Part shown: in pieces, positions 30,045 to 39,524 of the stretch
How the letters are laid out: each line of letters begins with the position of its first letter
Position numbering within the stretch: the first letter of the stretch is position 1
Sequence record: OR896834.1
Length of the DNA stretch: 64,000 nt
From: Escherichia phage Baret
Direction: 5' to 3' (one strand)
The notes under the pieces: model-generated
Databases searched by the model: none
What the model was told of the DNA's origin: nothing
The model's input: the letters and a program-made list of their open reading frames with translations, nothing else
Translations under genes and position numbers: made by a program

Positions 30045-30818
30045 TTAGTCGTCCAGATCGCTTGCAGCTTCTGTGTCAATACCTTTCTGGGAGCCTGCAT
30101 TGCTATTACCAGATTTGGCATCATCATCTTTATTCTCACGACCCTCCATGAAGGCTTGAATTGCTTCTTTCTGCTCTTCATAGGTAGGAACCGGATAGGT
30201 TTGTTCCAGAGAAGGAACTTTTTCGAACTTAATGATGTCGCCATCTTCATCACACATAGCTTCACCGATCAGATCTACATCTGCAGCATATTGCTTAGAT
30301 TCTGCACTGTTAGGATCTTGCAGCTTAATCTGGAACTGCATAGCAGCAATCTGCTGTACATCATACTCAGTATCGAAACCTTTACCTTTTTTCTCGATAG
30401 AAATATCAATATCAAACGGAGTTGCCAGATTCAACTGCTTCATGATAGACTGGATGCCTTTCAGAATAGTAGCCTTGACTTCCATTACTTTCAGTTTGTT
30501 ATCAGAACGGTCGATAACAAAAGCGATATAGTTTTTCTTCGGTTTCAGCGGAACACGATTACCGTCTTTATCCAGCTCTTTCTCAAAGAAGCCCATCTCA
30601 TGAACCGGATCGGCTTTACCACGAACAAAGCTCTCTTTGTCACGGTTGAAACGAAGACATTCGAAAGGAGCTACGCTACCCTCTTTATTAGTCAGCCAAT
30701 AGACATAACGTGGAAGAACACCAGAAACGATACGAACACGAGTGATACCGTTGTTGAACTTCAGGAATTCGATTTTATCGTTAGAACCGCCAGTAGTTTC
30801 GCCCCAAGACTTAGCCAT
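30045..30818 (-). CDS. putative ssDNA-binding protein with acidic C-terminal tail
   Basis: 257 aa; strongly acidic C-terminus (...TEAASDLDD) as in T7 gp2.5-type SSBs; high-expression codon bias; replication-module position. Confidence 0.4.
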   Translation of the reverse strand: MAKSWGETTGGSNDKIEFLKFNNGITRVRIVSGVLPRYVYWLTNKEGSVAPFECLRFNRDKESFVRGKADPVHEMGFFEKELDKDGNRVPLKPKKNYIAFVIDRSDNKLKVMEVKATILKGIQSIMKQLNLATPFDIDISIEKKGKGFDTEYDVQQIAAMQFQIKLQDPNSAESKQYAADVDLIGEAMCDEDGDIIKFEKVPSLEQTYPVPTYEEQKEAIQAFMEGRENKDDDAKSGNSNAGSQKGIDTEAASDLDD

Positions 30819-31095
30819 ATTTTATTTCCTCTTTAAAGATTAATTTCGATTTGTTAATTGCGATTAGTGGGTTAGTGTCGATTACTAAACGTGGTATCCA
30901 TACTGGAACATATTGTATGTCCAAACTAGGATCGTTTGTAAACTTGTATTCGGCATAATTTCGTAGACTTAAAATTCCTAGATATTCTGCCAGTTGTCTA
31001 TTAGACAACTTATTTGGATTATCAACTATTGTTGATTCATTCAAAATGAATGAGGAACCGACCAATAATTGATGAGCATCAGGCTCTGTAAGCAT
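30811..31095 (-). CDS. hypothetical protein
   Basis: 94-aa ORF downstream of tandem promoters. Confidence 0.35.
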   Translation of the reverse strand: MLTEPDAHQLLVGSSFILNESTIVDNPNKLSNRQLAEYLGILSLRNYAEYKFTNDPSLDIQYVPVWIPRLVIDTNPLIAINKSKLIFKEEIKYG

Positions 31096-31202
31096 TCTTT
31101 TGAATAGCTTAATAATTAGGTCGGAATTTCCTCTAGCTAGTAAGTATAGCTTTTCATAATCGAAGAATTTAATTTTTGTTTTCTCCTCGAATTTATGTAT
31201 AT

Positions 31203-31232
31203 ATTATACTAGATTTCGAGAGAATTTAGCAA
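31203..31232 (-). promoter_or_regulatory. sigma70-type early promoter (TTGCTA-18-TATAAT)
   Basis: minus-strand -35 at 31227-31232, -10 at 31203-31208, AT-rich upstream block. Confidence 0.65.
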
Positions 31233-31303
31233 CTAAAATTTTTATTTTTCTGCTTCGGACTTTCTTATCAATCCGAAACTTTCTCTCTCAAATTTATGTA
31301 TAT

Positions 31304-31331
31304 ATTATACACCATTTATAAGCTGTTGCCA
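31304..31331 (-). promoter_or_regulatory. sigma70-type early promoter (TTGGCA-16-TATAAT), tandem with 31203-31232
   Basis: minus-strand -10 at 31304-31309, -35 at 31326-31331; shares 22-nt downstream element AATTTATGTATATATTATAC with neighbour. Confidence 0.5.
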
Positions 31332-32668
31332 AATGCAATTTTAGCTAATTGAACTGCTTTCTCCGGAGTCATAGTAATAGTTTTCCACCCGTTGTTACGA
31401 TATACTGCCATACGCCCAGAAGCCTGCCTTAGTCCAGTGCCACCTTTCATAATTAGATCTACAACAATCGGGTCGAGTTTACCATCAACAATACGTTGAA
31501 CACGACCTGCAAGCTGTTCAATGAGAGACTCATTATTAATGAGACTTCCCATTATTAAACAAGACAACTCATTAAGAGAAATACCTTCAGAGAAGATACT
31601 TTGAGCTGCTGCAAGTACACAAGGTCCACCTTTTGCTATATCTTCCTGAATTTTTAATCGGTCATCCAAGTGGGTTGCCCCTATAATTTCATACGTTGTA
31701 ACACCACGCTGTGCAAGAGCTTCTAGTACTGTTTGGATTAACTCTGTTCTATCGCTTACAATGAGTACTTTATGCCCCATATTCACGTATAAATGTGCTA
31801 GATTTATAATAGTCTCTCGATATTCAGGATGATTATATACATCGTTAGCACGTAATGCCCATGGCACATTCTGATTTCCGGATAACTCAACAGGTACAGA
31901 GTACCTGTGGATTGTAGGTGCAACAGTATTATTAACCGGTGGGCTAAAGATCTTATATCCAAAGAAATCTTTGAACATAACTTGTAGACCATCTTTACGT
32001 TTTAATGTTCCAGATAGCCCAATCTTATAGCGAGCACATGATATTTCTAGGAAGTTAGTGAAAGTTGTAGCCACACAATGGTGAACTTCATCAACTATAA
32101 CAGTACCGAATACTTTAGAAAGATTATTCGCATGTTTATTCACTGTTTGAATATTACTGACCACAATTGGTGGATCAATATTGTATTTCCCAGAACCTAT
32201 TATACCGGGTTCAAACCCAAACCATTTACGAACTTCTGCTGCCCACATCTCACGAATAGATGTATTTGTACAGATTACCAAAGTTTTCTGGCCAAATTTA
32301 TACGCAAGTGCAAGGGCTAGGATAGTTTTACCAAATCCAGGTTTACCATTAATAATACAGGTATCGTCACATTCTTCATATATTGGAAGCTGATCTTCTT
32401 CACGCAGCTTGAACTTAGGTTCTGGTATAGCTACCGGAGCTAATGTGCGTTTATCTACTAATTCGTATTTTACTCCTTTAGCATCTAGTAAGTCCAGACG
32501 CGTAATAGGAATCCACTTAATCTCTTTGGCAACAACACCACTATTCTTGTACATAATAGGGTATTTACTAGTCATTGTCTCTATGTGATAAGTGGTTTGC
32601 TTGCTACAATAATCCCAAAGTTCATCATCGGGCTTGAAATAGGCTTTATTAGATATAACAACTTTCAT
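31316..32668 (-). CDS. SF2 DNA helicase (D10-like)
   Basis: Walker A GKPGFGKT, DEVH box (VIVDEVHH), 450 aa. Confidence 0.75.
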   Translation of the reverse strand: MKVVISNKAYFKPDDELWDYCSKQTTYHIETMTSKYPIMYKNSGVVAKEIKWIPITRLDLLDAKGVKYELVDKRTLAPVAIPEPKFKLREEDQLPIYEECDDTCIINGKPGFGKTILALALAYKFGQKTLVICTNTSIREMWAAEVRKWFGFEPGIIGSGKYNIDPPIVVSNIQTVNKHANNLSKVFGTVIVDEVHHCVATTFTNFLEISCARYKIGLSGTLKRKDGLQVMFKDFFGYKIFSPPVNNTVAPTIHRYSVPVELSGNQNVPWALRANDVYNHPEYRETIINLAHLYVNMGHKVLIVSDRTELIQTVLEALAQRGVTTYEIIGATHLDDRLKIQEDIAKGGPCVLAAAQSIFSEGISLNELSCLIMGSLINNESLIEQLAGRVQRIVDGKLDPIVVDLIMKGGTGLRQASGRMAVYRNNGWKTITMTPEKAVQLAKIAFGNSL

Positions 32669-33162
32669 AATTTTATTCTAAGTCTAGGAATTTCAGGCTC
32701 CTCTTGATGGACTTGATAAATAACAGGGCTATTATTTACCAGAATATAGCTTATATAAGCTGGAACATAGGATAATACAAATGGATATGGAACTTTAGCC
32801 ACATAGCATTGGTATTTTCCATTATAAATTCTAGCTGAATGCAAAACTTTAGAGGTGACAACATCATAGAACGTAGTTTTCTTCCAATTAATAAGATTTC
32901 CATCAGAATCTATAAATTGGTTACGCTTTGACCCCACTAATTGAGACAACATTGATATTCTACCCCTAATAGGATAGAGCTTGTATGGTAATTCTTTCCG
33001 TTTCTCAAATAGAATAAGCCTACGTTGAGAAAACGTGCCAGGCAACTTCCTGTTATCTAGCACATATTTATTATATCTTGTTGTAATTACGGAATAATCA
33101 CCTTCTTGCTCAATTGATACAAATGCCCGTAACGCATAGACGGGCAATTTGAAATTAAGCAC
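32665..33162 (-). CDS. hypothetical protein (start uncertain, GTG or TTG)
   Basis: 166-aa ORF with no ATG near 5' end; AAGGA RBS ahead of GTG 33162. Confidence 0.35.
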   Translation of the reverse strand: MLNFKLPVYALRAFVSIEQEGDYSVITTRYNKYVLDNRKLPGTFSQRRLILFEKRKELPYKLYPIRGRISMLSQLVGSKRNQFIDSDGNLINWKKTTFYDVVTSKVLHSARIYNGKYQCYVAKVPYPFVLSYVPAYISYILVNNSPVIYQVHQEEPEIPRLRIKL

Positions 33163-35722
33163 CAAGAATCCTTTTCACGTTATCCAGATCTTTACATACA
33201 GCAATAAACTTATCATCCTTGTACTTGCTATGATCTGGATGCTCTTTATCCATTGCAGCTAGTTTCTTATACTCGAACTCTGCATCAAGTAATACACCCT
33301 TGACATAACGAGTATATTCATCATCATCAATACAAGCGATTGATGGATGCTGTTTCTTCATCTTACCACAGGAGTAGTCACGAGAACCCCCAGCCTCAGA
33401 ATCAGAATCAATACCAATCGGACAGCCAGGGATACTGATACCACGGTCTTTCTGAATATTACGAATCAGGATTTCATTGTATTGGTCGATCAAATCCTCA
33501 CGAACAATAGCAACTACGGAGTCATGAACCAGCATAACAATCTTCATCTCTTGTTCTAGGCCAAGAGAAATGATCTCATTATCTGCATCTACCGCACCTA
33601 AAAGGAGGCTATCAGAAGAAGCAGACTGAATGATTGCGTTAAATCCAGAACGGATTTCTTCACCCTGAACACCACGGTCTTCGGAGTGGATATTATGCAG
33701 ACGACGTTTACGACCAAAGTGACTATAGATAAATCCATGATTCTTGATCTGATCGTGGCACTTATCAATCCAACGCTTAAGCTGCGGGAACTGACCGAAG
33801 TAAGTTTCAATGTACTCTTTAGCATCTGCAACAGTACACTCTACAAACGGTTCGCCTGTCTTAGCAGCCTGTTCCAGAAGAGCTTCGTTAACAGAATGAG
33901 CTACTTTAGCTGGGCCAGAACCATACAGAATACCAAAGGTGATTGCTTTAGCTGCTTGACGCAGAGCTGGGAATAACTTTTTAACATCACGAGGTTCGCA
34001 TTGGAGCTTAAATACCATGTGTGCGATGTTAGAGTGGAAGTCAGGGTATTTATCAGGTTCATTTCTCATGTTGATAAATACCTGTTGCATATTTCTATCA
34101 CCAGATAGAACAGCAGCATAATAAACTTCCGCAGTTGTTAAGTCCCATGCGATTACACGGTATCCAGGTGGTGCAACCACACAACCCTTGATAATAGATT
34201 CATCACGAGGTAACTGTTGCAGGTTCAGTTTACCAGAAGAACTCAGACGACCAGAAGTAGTCATGTGTTCGTGGAAGCCAGTACGAATGCAACCATCAGC
34301 ATCAATGCTCAGAAGAATCTTCTCAACGTAAGTAGAGATCAGCTTAGTCAGCTTACGAATCTCTAGTAGAGTCTTAGCAATTGGATGCTGCGTAGCCAGT
34401 TCATTCAGAGCTTCTGCATCTGTAGAGTCTGCCCCAGTATCCGTCAATTTACCTGTTGGAGTTAAGCCAACATAATCAAACAGAAGAACACGCAGTTGCT
34501 TAACAGAGTTTGGGTTAAACGCCTCGTTCTGGTCTTTTTCTAGCTGAACGACTTCTGGATAAGTATACAGTTTCTCACGAGCCTTATTCAGATTATGGGT
34601 TAACTGGTACTGAGCTTCTTTTAAACGATCAATAGAAATAGGTACACCACGATCCTCAACACGCTGGAGAAATACACAACCAGGCATTAGGACATCATAA
34701 TACAGACTGCAAAGTTTTTCATTCTTCTCAATTTTTGGTAAGAAGAAGTTGTGCAAACGTATGGTGGCATCGGTATCTTTTGCAGCGTAAGGCCACATAA
34801 TATCAAACGGAATTAAATCATAGGTGAAATCTTCTTTCTTGATTTTATGTGCTTTGCAGTAATCCTCCTTGAACTTATCTAGTTCAAAGTCATAGTCGCC
34901 CATATCGGTATACTTCATTGCTAGAGATTTCAAGCCATGAGTACCACGACGCTCATCTAGAACATAATGCTGCAACATGGTATCATGGAGCCTGCGTTCT
35001 TTATGTGCTTTATCAAAAGTAAGTCCCAGATGGTACTTATAAAAGTGCATATCAAACTTCAAGTTGTGAAAAACAATAGTGTGGTTTTCACTATCCAGAA
35101 TTTTCTGGAGATAATATACTGCAACCTCTGTGAGACAATCAGAATCGATATATACACCCTGATACTCTTGGTGAGACATAGAAACACCAAGCAGATAACC
35201 ATCTCGACAGTATAGTGCTGAGGTTTCGGAGTCGAATGCGACAGGTCCGATAACCATATTATACACCATCTTGATATATTCTTCCGCCTCGTCAGGGTCA
35301 GTAATAGGACGGTAATCACCAGCTTTTGCAATCTTCTCACGACCATTGATAATATCGTGGATATTCTCTACTGTTGCATCGAAAACTGGTTTCATTTCAG
35401 GCTTAAAGTGTAACTGGGCTGGGCTGATACTCGCAATCCAGTTAGCATATCCATTATACTCTACACGTTTACCAGTATAGTCACCAATGCCTTTCTTACC
35501 TGCAAAGTACAGGAAAGGCTCGGCACCTACCAGTATAACAAAATCATAATCATTCGGGTCAAATGGGTTTTCCGGAGTCCCGATAGTAATATGCTTTTTG
35601 AGCAAACGACCGGATAACTTCTCGTTACACATATGGAATACATCAACTTCCTCGCCGTATAGCTGGAAATGTTTATCATAACGAGTGTTATTTAGAGCTT
35701 TATCAACTACTGCTATTTTCAA
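33155..35722 (-). CDS. DNA polymerase, family A, with 3'-5' exonuclease domain (TTG start codon)
   Basis: 855 aa; exo motif FDSETSAL; pol motifs RQAAKAITFGILYGSG and LVHDS; start codon is TTG preceded by GAGGAG RBS. Confidence 0.9.
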   Translation of the reverse strand: MKIAVVDKALNNTRYDKHFQLYGEEVDVFHMCNEKLSGRLLKKHITIGTPENPFDPNDYDFVILVGAEPFLYFAGKKGIGDYTGKRVEYNGYANWIASISPAQLHFKPEMKPVFDATVENIHDIINGREKIAKAGDYRPITDPDEAEEYIKMVYNMVIGPVAFDSETSALYCRDGYLLGVSMSHQEYQGVYIDSDCLTEVAVYYLQKILDSENHTIVFHNLKFDMHFYKYHLGLTFDKAHKERRLHDTMLQHYVLDERRGTHGLKSLAMKYTDMGDYDFELDKFKEDYCKAHKIKKEDFTYDLIPFDIMWPYAAKDTDATIRLHNFFLPKIEKNEKLCSLYYDVLMPGCVFLQRVEDRGVPISIDRLKEAQYQLTHNLNKAREKLYTYPEVVQLEKDQNEAFNPNSVKQLRVLLFDYVGLTPTGKLTDTGADSTDAEALNELATQHPIAKTLLEIRKLTKLISTYVEKILLSIDADGCIRTGFHEHMTTSGRLSSSGKLNLQQLPRDESIIKGCVVAPPGYRVIAWDLTTAEVYYAAVLSGDRNMQQVFINMRNEPDKYPDFHSNIAHMVFKLQCEPRDVKKLFPALRQAAKAITFGILYGSGPAKVAHSVNEALLEQAAKTGEPFVECTVADAKEYIETYFGQFPQLKRWIDKCHDQIKNHGFIYSHFGRKRRLHNIHSEDRGVQGEEIRSGFNAIIQSASSDSLLLGAVDADNEIISLGLEQEMKIVMLVHDSVVAIVREDLIDQYNEILIRNIQKDRGISIPGCPIGIDSDSEAGGSRDYSCGKMKKQHPSIACIDDDEYTRYVKGVLLDAEFEYKKLAAMDKEHPDHSKYKDDKFIAVCKDLDNVKRILGA

Positions 35723-35783
35723 ATTTAATCTCCTCTTGGTAAGTAAGTATAACTTCAGTGTTTCTTCTCTAACTTACCAATAT

Positions 35784-35813
35784 ATTATACCAAATCTTTA
35801 AGCGATTCAGCAA
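35784..35813 (-). promoter_or_regulatory. sigma70-type early promoter (TTGCTG-18-TATAAT) upstream of polymerase gene
   Basis: minus-strand -10 at 35784-35789, -35 at 35808-35813; overlaps 3' end of primase gene. Confidence 0.6.
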
Positions 35814-36675
35814 CTAAAATTTCAATACGTTTTGCTAACATATCAATTTCATCTTTGTTTAAATCACCCGGATCTTTGCCTTCAGGCAGGAGAAAGTTAG
35901 CAACTACAGGTGTTAGACGCGTTTTTGTACGAATTAGCTTAGCCAATGCTTGTGCAGCTTTATTACCAGAAGCATCATTATCTAGTAAGATAACAACAAC
36001 TTTTACACCAGCAATAATATAAGGACTGAACTTATCTGCAATGTTATCTGAAGTGAACTGATGTGTACCAAAGCAGCAAGAAGCATAATCTATACCATTA
36101 TCCTCTAGGTTCAGCATATCAAAGATACCTTCAACTAGAATAAGAACTGGAGTATTATATCGTACAGGGAAAATCGGTGGTGAAACTTGTTTTGGTTTTA
36201 CTAAGTATTTAGGAGGGGCAGAACTGTTTATAGAACGACCCAAAAATAGGATATTGCGTCCAACAGCATCTGTGATTGGGAATACAATTCTGCCTTCCCA
36301 GTTCTCTTGGTGTTGGAAAGCAAAATATTTCTTCAAGGTCTTAGAACTGATACCTCGGAAATCACCTTCAAAAAGAAAGGCAGATTCTGGGATTGCAAGA
36401 TTCGTAGATCCATTTCTAATCTCAGAAATTTTTTTACGTACTTGGGATAGTCTTGGAGATTGTCTATATTGAGTCTCATTAAAATAATGATAAATACTAG
36501 GTATACCTTTGCCAAAACCGCAACTCAAGCAGTGCATAATCCCGGTTTCAGGATCAATACGCAAACTTGGGTGTTTATCCTCGTGTTCAGGATTAAGACA
36601 ACAGATTAAAATATCCCCACCAGTATCTTTATACTCAATTCCTTTAAGATCAAGTAATTCTGTTATTCTACTCAT
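35785..36675 (-). CDS. DNA primase (DnaG-like, zinc finger + TOPRIM)
   Basis: CLNPEHEDKHPS...CLSCGFGKG zinc-binding motif; TOPRIM acidic motifs LVEGIFDM and ILLDNDASG. Confidence 0.75.
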   Translation of the reverse strand: MSRITELLDLKGIEYKDTGGDILICCLNPEHEDKHPSLRIDPETGIMHCLSCGFGKGIPSIYHYFNETQYRQSPRLSQVRKKISEIRNGSTNLAIPESAFLFEGDFRGISSKTLKKYFAFQHQENWEGRIVFPITDAVGRNILFLGRSINSSAPPKYLVKPKQVSPPIFPVRYNTPVLILVEGIFDMLNLEDNGIDYASCCFGTHQFTSDNIADKFSPYIIAGVKVVVILLDNDASGNKAAQALAKLIRTKTRLTPVVANFLLPEGKDPGDLNKDEIDMLAKRIEILVAESLKDLV

Positions 36676-37205
36676 GAATTTATCTCCTCTAATGCAGGAT
36701 AATTAGACGGGTCGAATATTTCTTGAATAGCATTTTCCCCATGAAATTGTAATCGTAGCTTATTAATCTTATCTACTGCTGATTCTAAATTCTGGTACTC
36801 AAAATATCCACCGAATACTTTCTTTTTATTGGTATCTCTTAGTTGAACTTGCCATTTTTGCCGTTGTTTATTCCAACTAACTCCTATATACCCTGATTTA
36901 CTTTTAGCTGCTTTATTCCTACTATTCTCTTGGTGAGAAGAATCTTTAAGATTAACCCAACGATTATCACTTCGTATACGGTTTATATGGTCTACTTCTT
37001 CAGGTAAATAACCTTCCATATAGAGAAAAGCTAGTTGATGCGCATAGTAAGGCTTTCCATCTACCCATATACATATATAACCGTCTTTTCTTAAAGAGCC
37101 AGCTATACTACCAGCTTTCTGATTGCCTCTAGATACTTTTCTAGTAAACTCCCCAGTTTCTGGGGAGTAATCAAATAACTCTTTTAGCCTTTTCTGTGTT
37201 ATCAT
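36672..37205 (-). CDS. HNH homing endonuclease (AP2-domain type), paralog of 29493-30008
   Basis: EEVDHINRIRSDNRWVNL HNH core plus GYIGVSW...KW AP2-like motif; inserted between helicase and primase genes. Confidence 0.75.
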   Translation of the reverse strand: MITQKRLKELFDYSPETGEFTRKVSRGNQKAGSIAGSLRKDGYICIWVDGKPYYAHQLAFLYMEGYLPEEVDHINRIRSDNRWVNLKDSSHQENSRNKAAKSKSGYIGVSWNKQRQKWQVQLRDTNKKKVFGGYFEYQNLESAVDKINKLRLQFHGENAIQEIFDPSNYPALEEINS

Positions 37206-38674
37206 ATATCGCTGGCCTGTTCACCTGTTGAATTTTCAGCTTTGTCTTTCTTAGCACGTTTAGATTGAGCCGGCTTATCCTTCTCAATAGGGATAACGAA
37301 CTCAGCTTCCATTTGAGATATATCTTCCATTGCTAGGTTGGTAGTGTTATCCATCCGCAGGGTTTCCCAGTTCATTTTAGGCATAAACTTCACGCTATCA
37401 GAAGAACGAGTCTTAACGAAGTCAAACATAATAGCACCTTGACCATTATCAGCTTTTGCAGCATTAAGATTAGCAGCCATGTCTGCGGAATCAAGAATCC
37501 CCTTTGACATACGTGTTCTACCATCTTGATCGATCTGGTAAGGAGCTACACCAGCTACGTTATGTTTCTGGCAGATAGATTTGAAAGACGAGCTAACAAC
37601 CATCTGTTCTTTCCAGTCATACATATCAATGGTTTTAGAGTCTGGGAGTCGGGTTTGGTTAATATAGTCCAGTAAAGCTACTGTAACTTTATCACCATAT
37701 CTAGCAACTAATTTATTTAATTCTACGTCAACTGTTGTAATGGACAGTTCAGGGTCATAAACGATAATCATAGGAGTATGTAGTTCATACCCTTCTATTA
37801 GTTTACTCTCCATATCGTAGAAATCACTCATCTTAGCCATTGTGTACTGTTTAACGAAGTTATCGAAAAGCTCTTCACCGCCATTAAACATCCTAGCTCT
37901 AGTTCTGGCTAATCTCAACAGAGCTGCACCTTCTAGAGTATTATTACGCATTGCTAGTGCTGATACACCAGCTAACATGGCTAGATTACGTCTAAATACT
38001 TCATGTTCTTTCATCTCAATTGAGAAGTATGGAGCAATATCTCCATTCAAATATTGCTGAACCTGTATGTTTGAACAGATAATGGATTTACCAGTACCAC
38101 GCCAACCACCAAGCAGTAACGTTTCTGTGCGAGCTAAACCAATTTGAGCGTCGAACTCATTACAAATACCAAGAGCGATTAAGTTCAGTTTGGTATCTTC
38201 TTCTCTCTGGAAAATACGCATGTTATCTGCGTTGAATACTTTTCCAGTATTCGTTACTTTCTCTTCTAATTTTAAGTGAAGGGAGGCAACTCGGTTGAGA
38301 ATTTCTCCCTGATCCAGCATTGTTAAATCTTGAAGCACGTCTGTTTCTAGAAGCTTCAGGAATAAATCCTGTGTATATTCAGCCTCTAGGACTTCAAGTG
38401 CCTGTTCCATGCTAACTTCTGGAATTTGAGTGTTAGCTAAAACGACTAGAGCTTGAGAAAGGCGGGCGTTCCTATTAGCCTCAAGCATCAGTGCGTCAAT
38501 GGACGGCATTGTGTTATATTTTTTATAATAATTCTGGACGGCTTGGTAAATTGAGGAGAAAGCGTCATTAAAATGATCTTTATGCAGTTTTGAGAATGTT
38601 TCCAATGCTATTTGCTTCTGTTCGGAAGCTAGAAGCATCTTCAACACTACAGCTTGCACGTTAAACAAGGTCAT
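37202..38674 (-). CDS. DnaB-like replicative helicase (RecA-fold ATPase)
   Basis: Walker A GGWRGTGKS; adjacent to primase; start taken as ATG 38674 (MTLFNV...), the upstream ATG lies in a terminator hairpin loop. Confidence 0.55.
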   Translation of the reverse strand: MTLFNVQAVVLKMLLASEQKQIALETFSKLHKDHFNDAFSSIYQAVQNYYKKYNTMPSIDALMLEANRNARLSQALVVLANTQIPEVSMEQALEVLEAEYTQDLFLKLLETDVLQDLTMLDQGEILNRVASLHLKLEEKVTNTGKVFNADNMRIFQREEDTKLNLIALGICNEFDAQIGLARTETLLLGGWRGTGKSIICSNIQVQQYLNGDIAPYFSIEMKEHEVFRRNLAMLAGVSALAMRNNTLEGAALLRLARTRARMFNGGEELFDNFVKQYTMAKMSDFYDMESKLIEGYELHTPMIIVYDPELSITTVDVELNKLVARYGDKVTVALLDYINQTRLPDSKTIDMYDWKEQMVVSSSFKSICQKHNVAGVAPYQIDQDGRTRMSKGILDSADMAANLNAAKADNGQGAIMFDFVKTRSSDSVKFMPKMNWETLRMDNTTNLAMEDISQMEAEFVIPIEKDKPAQSKRAKKDKAENSTGEQASDI

Positions 38675-38705
38675 TCTCCTTTGCACGCTTTCGTGCCTTC
38701 TAAAT

Positions 38706-38740
38706 GCAAAAAGGGGAAGGAGCATAGCCCCCTCCCCTTA
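38706..38740 (-). terminator. rho-independent terminator (minus strand)
   Basis: AAGGGGAGG...CCTTCCCCTT imperfect hairpin followed on minus strand by TTTTT. Confidence 0.5.
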
Positions 38741-38756
38741 GGTTTAATTTACCAGA

Positions 38757-39524
38757 TTATTCAGCAGCCGCAGCTTTTGCATCCAGTTTAGCACGCTTAG
38801 CGGCACCATCATAGTCCTTAGCAACCAGACCACGACGAGACAACATAGATTTAACACCACGCTCAGACTTACCAGTTTTCTCAGCGATCTCAGCAACGGT
38901 CATGTTAACCAGATCCAGACCTTCTAGCAGATCTTCACGAGTTTTAGCACTTGAAGTTTCCTGTACCGGCATAGCAGCGATACGACCTTCACGAAGCAGG
39001 CTCAGAGCTTTACCACGGATCTGCTTGATATTACGACCGAAGTGAGCAGCGATAGCTTCAATAGTAGCTCCAGCAACAACCTGATTAACAAAATCGGTTT
39101 CTTCATCAGGAGTGAAGGAACGAACAGCAGCAGCTTTTTCAGTTGGTTTAACAGAGGCGGTCATTTCCAGACTCAGGATCTTACCCTGTACCTGCTTAGC
39201 ACCAAATTGACCACCAGCTACAGCAGCAGCGATTTCAGCATAAGTATACTGACCAGCATGAGCGTTCAGGAAATCAACCAGTTCAGCTTCCTGCTCAGGA
39301 GTCCATGGGGATTTCTGTACTTCGTTAGCTTTCTGTACTTCAAAACCTTCTTTACGCAGTTTAGAGCCAACAGAGCGAGCAGTAACATCTTTGCCAGTTT
39401 CAGCAGCCAGTTCAGCAGCAATAGCAGCTACTTGTTCTTGAGAGATTACAGAAACACCCAGAGCGGTGGCTTTTGCTTTCAGAGACTCGGTTACACCTTC
39501 TACGTTCCAGTTCAGTTTAGACAT
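38757..39524 (-). CDS. DNA-binding protein with four repeated helix-turn-helix-like modules (D5-like, putative)
   Basis: 255 aa, Ala-rich, four ~55-aa internal repeats each with T.AEIA...GK...LS signature; high-expression codon bias. Confidence 0.5.
   Translation of the reverse strand: MSKLNWNVEGVTESLKAKATALGVSVISQEQVAAIAAELAAETGKDVTARSVGSKLRKEGFEVQKANEVQKSPWTPEQEAELVDFLNAHAGQYTYAEIAAAVAGGQFGAKQVQGKILSLEMTASVKPTEKAAAVRSFTPDEETDFVNQVVAGATIEAIAAHFGRNIKQIRGKALSLLREGRIAAMPVQETSSAKTREDLLEGLDLVNMTVAEIAEKTGKSERGVKSMLSRRGLVAKDYDGAAKRAKLDAKAAAAE

Noticed and set aside
30156-30836. 226-aa plus-strand ORF antisense to the SSB-like gene
   Set aside because: No start context or RBS, hydrophobic low-complexity translation, and it overlaps a well-supported minus-strand gene with strong codon bias.
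38674-38725. Longer N-terminus for the DnaB-like helicase from the ORF-track start at 38725
   Set aside because: The upstream ATG sits in the loop of the terminator hairpin of the preceding gene and lacks an RBS; the ATG at 38674 is preceded by an SD-like AAAGGAG.
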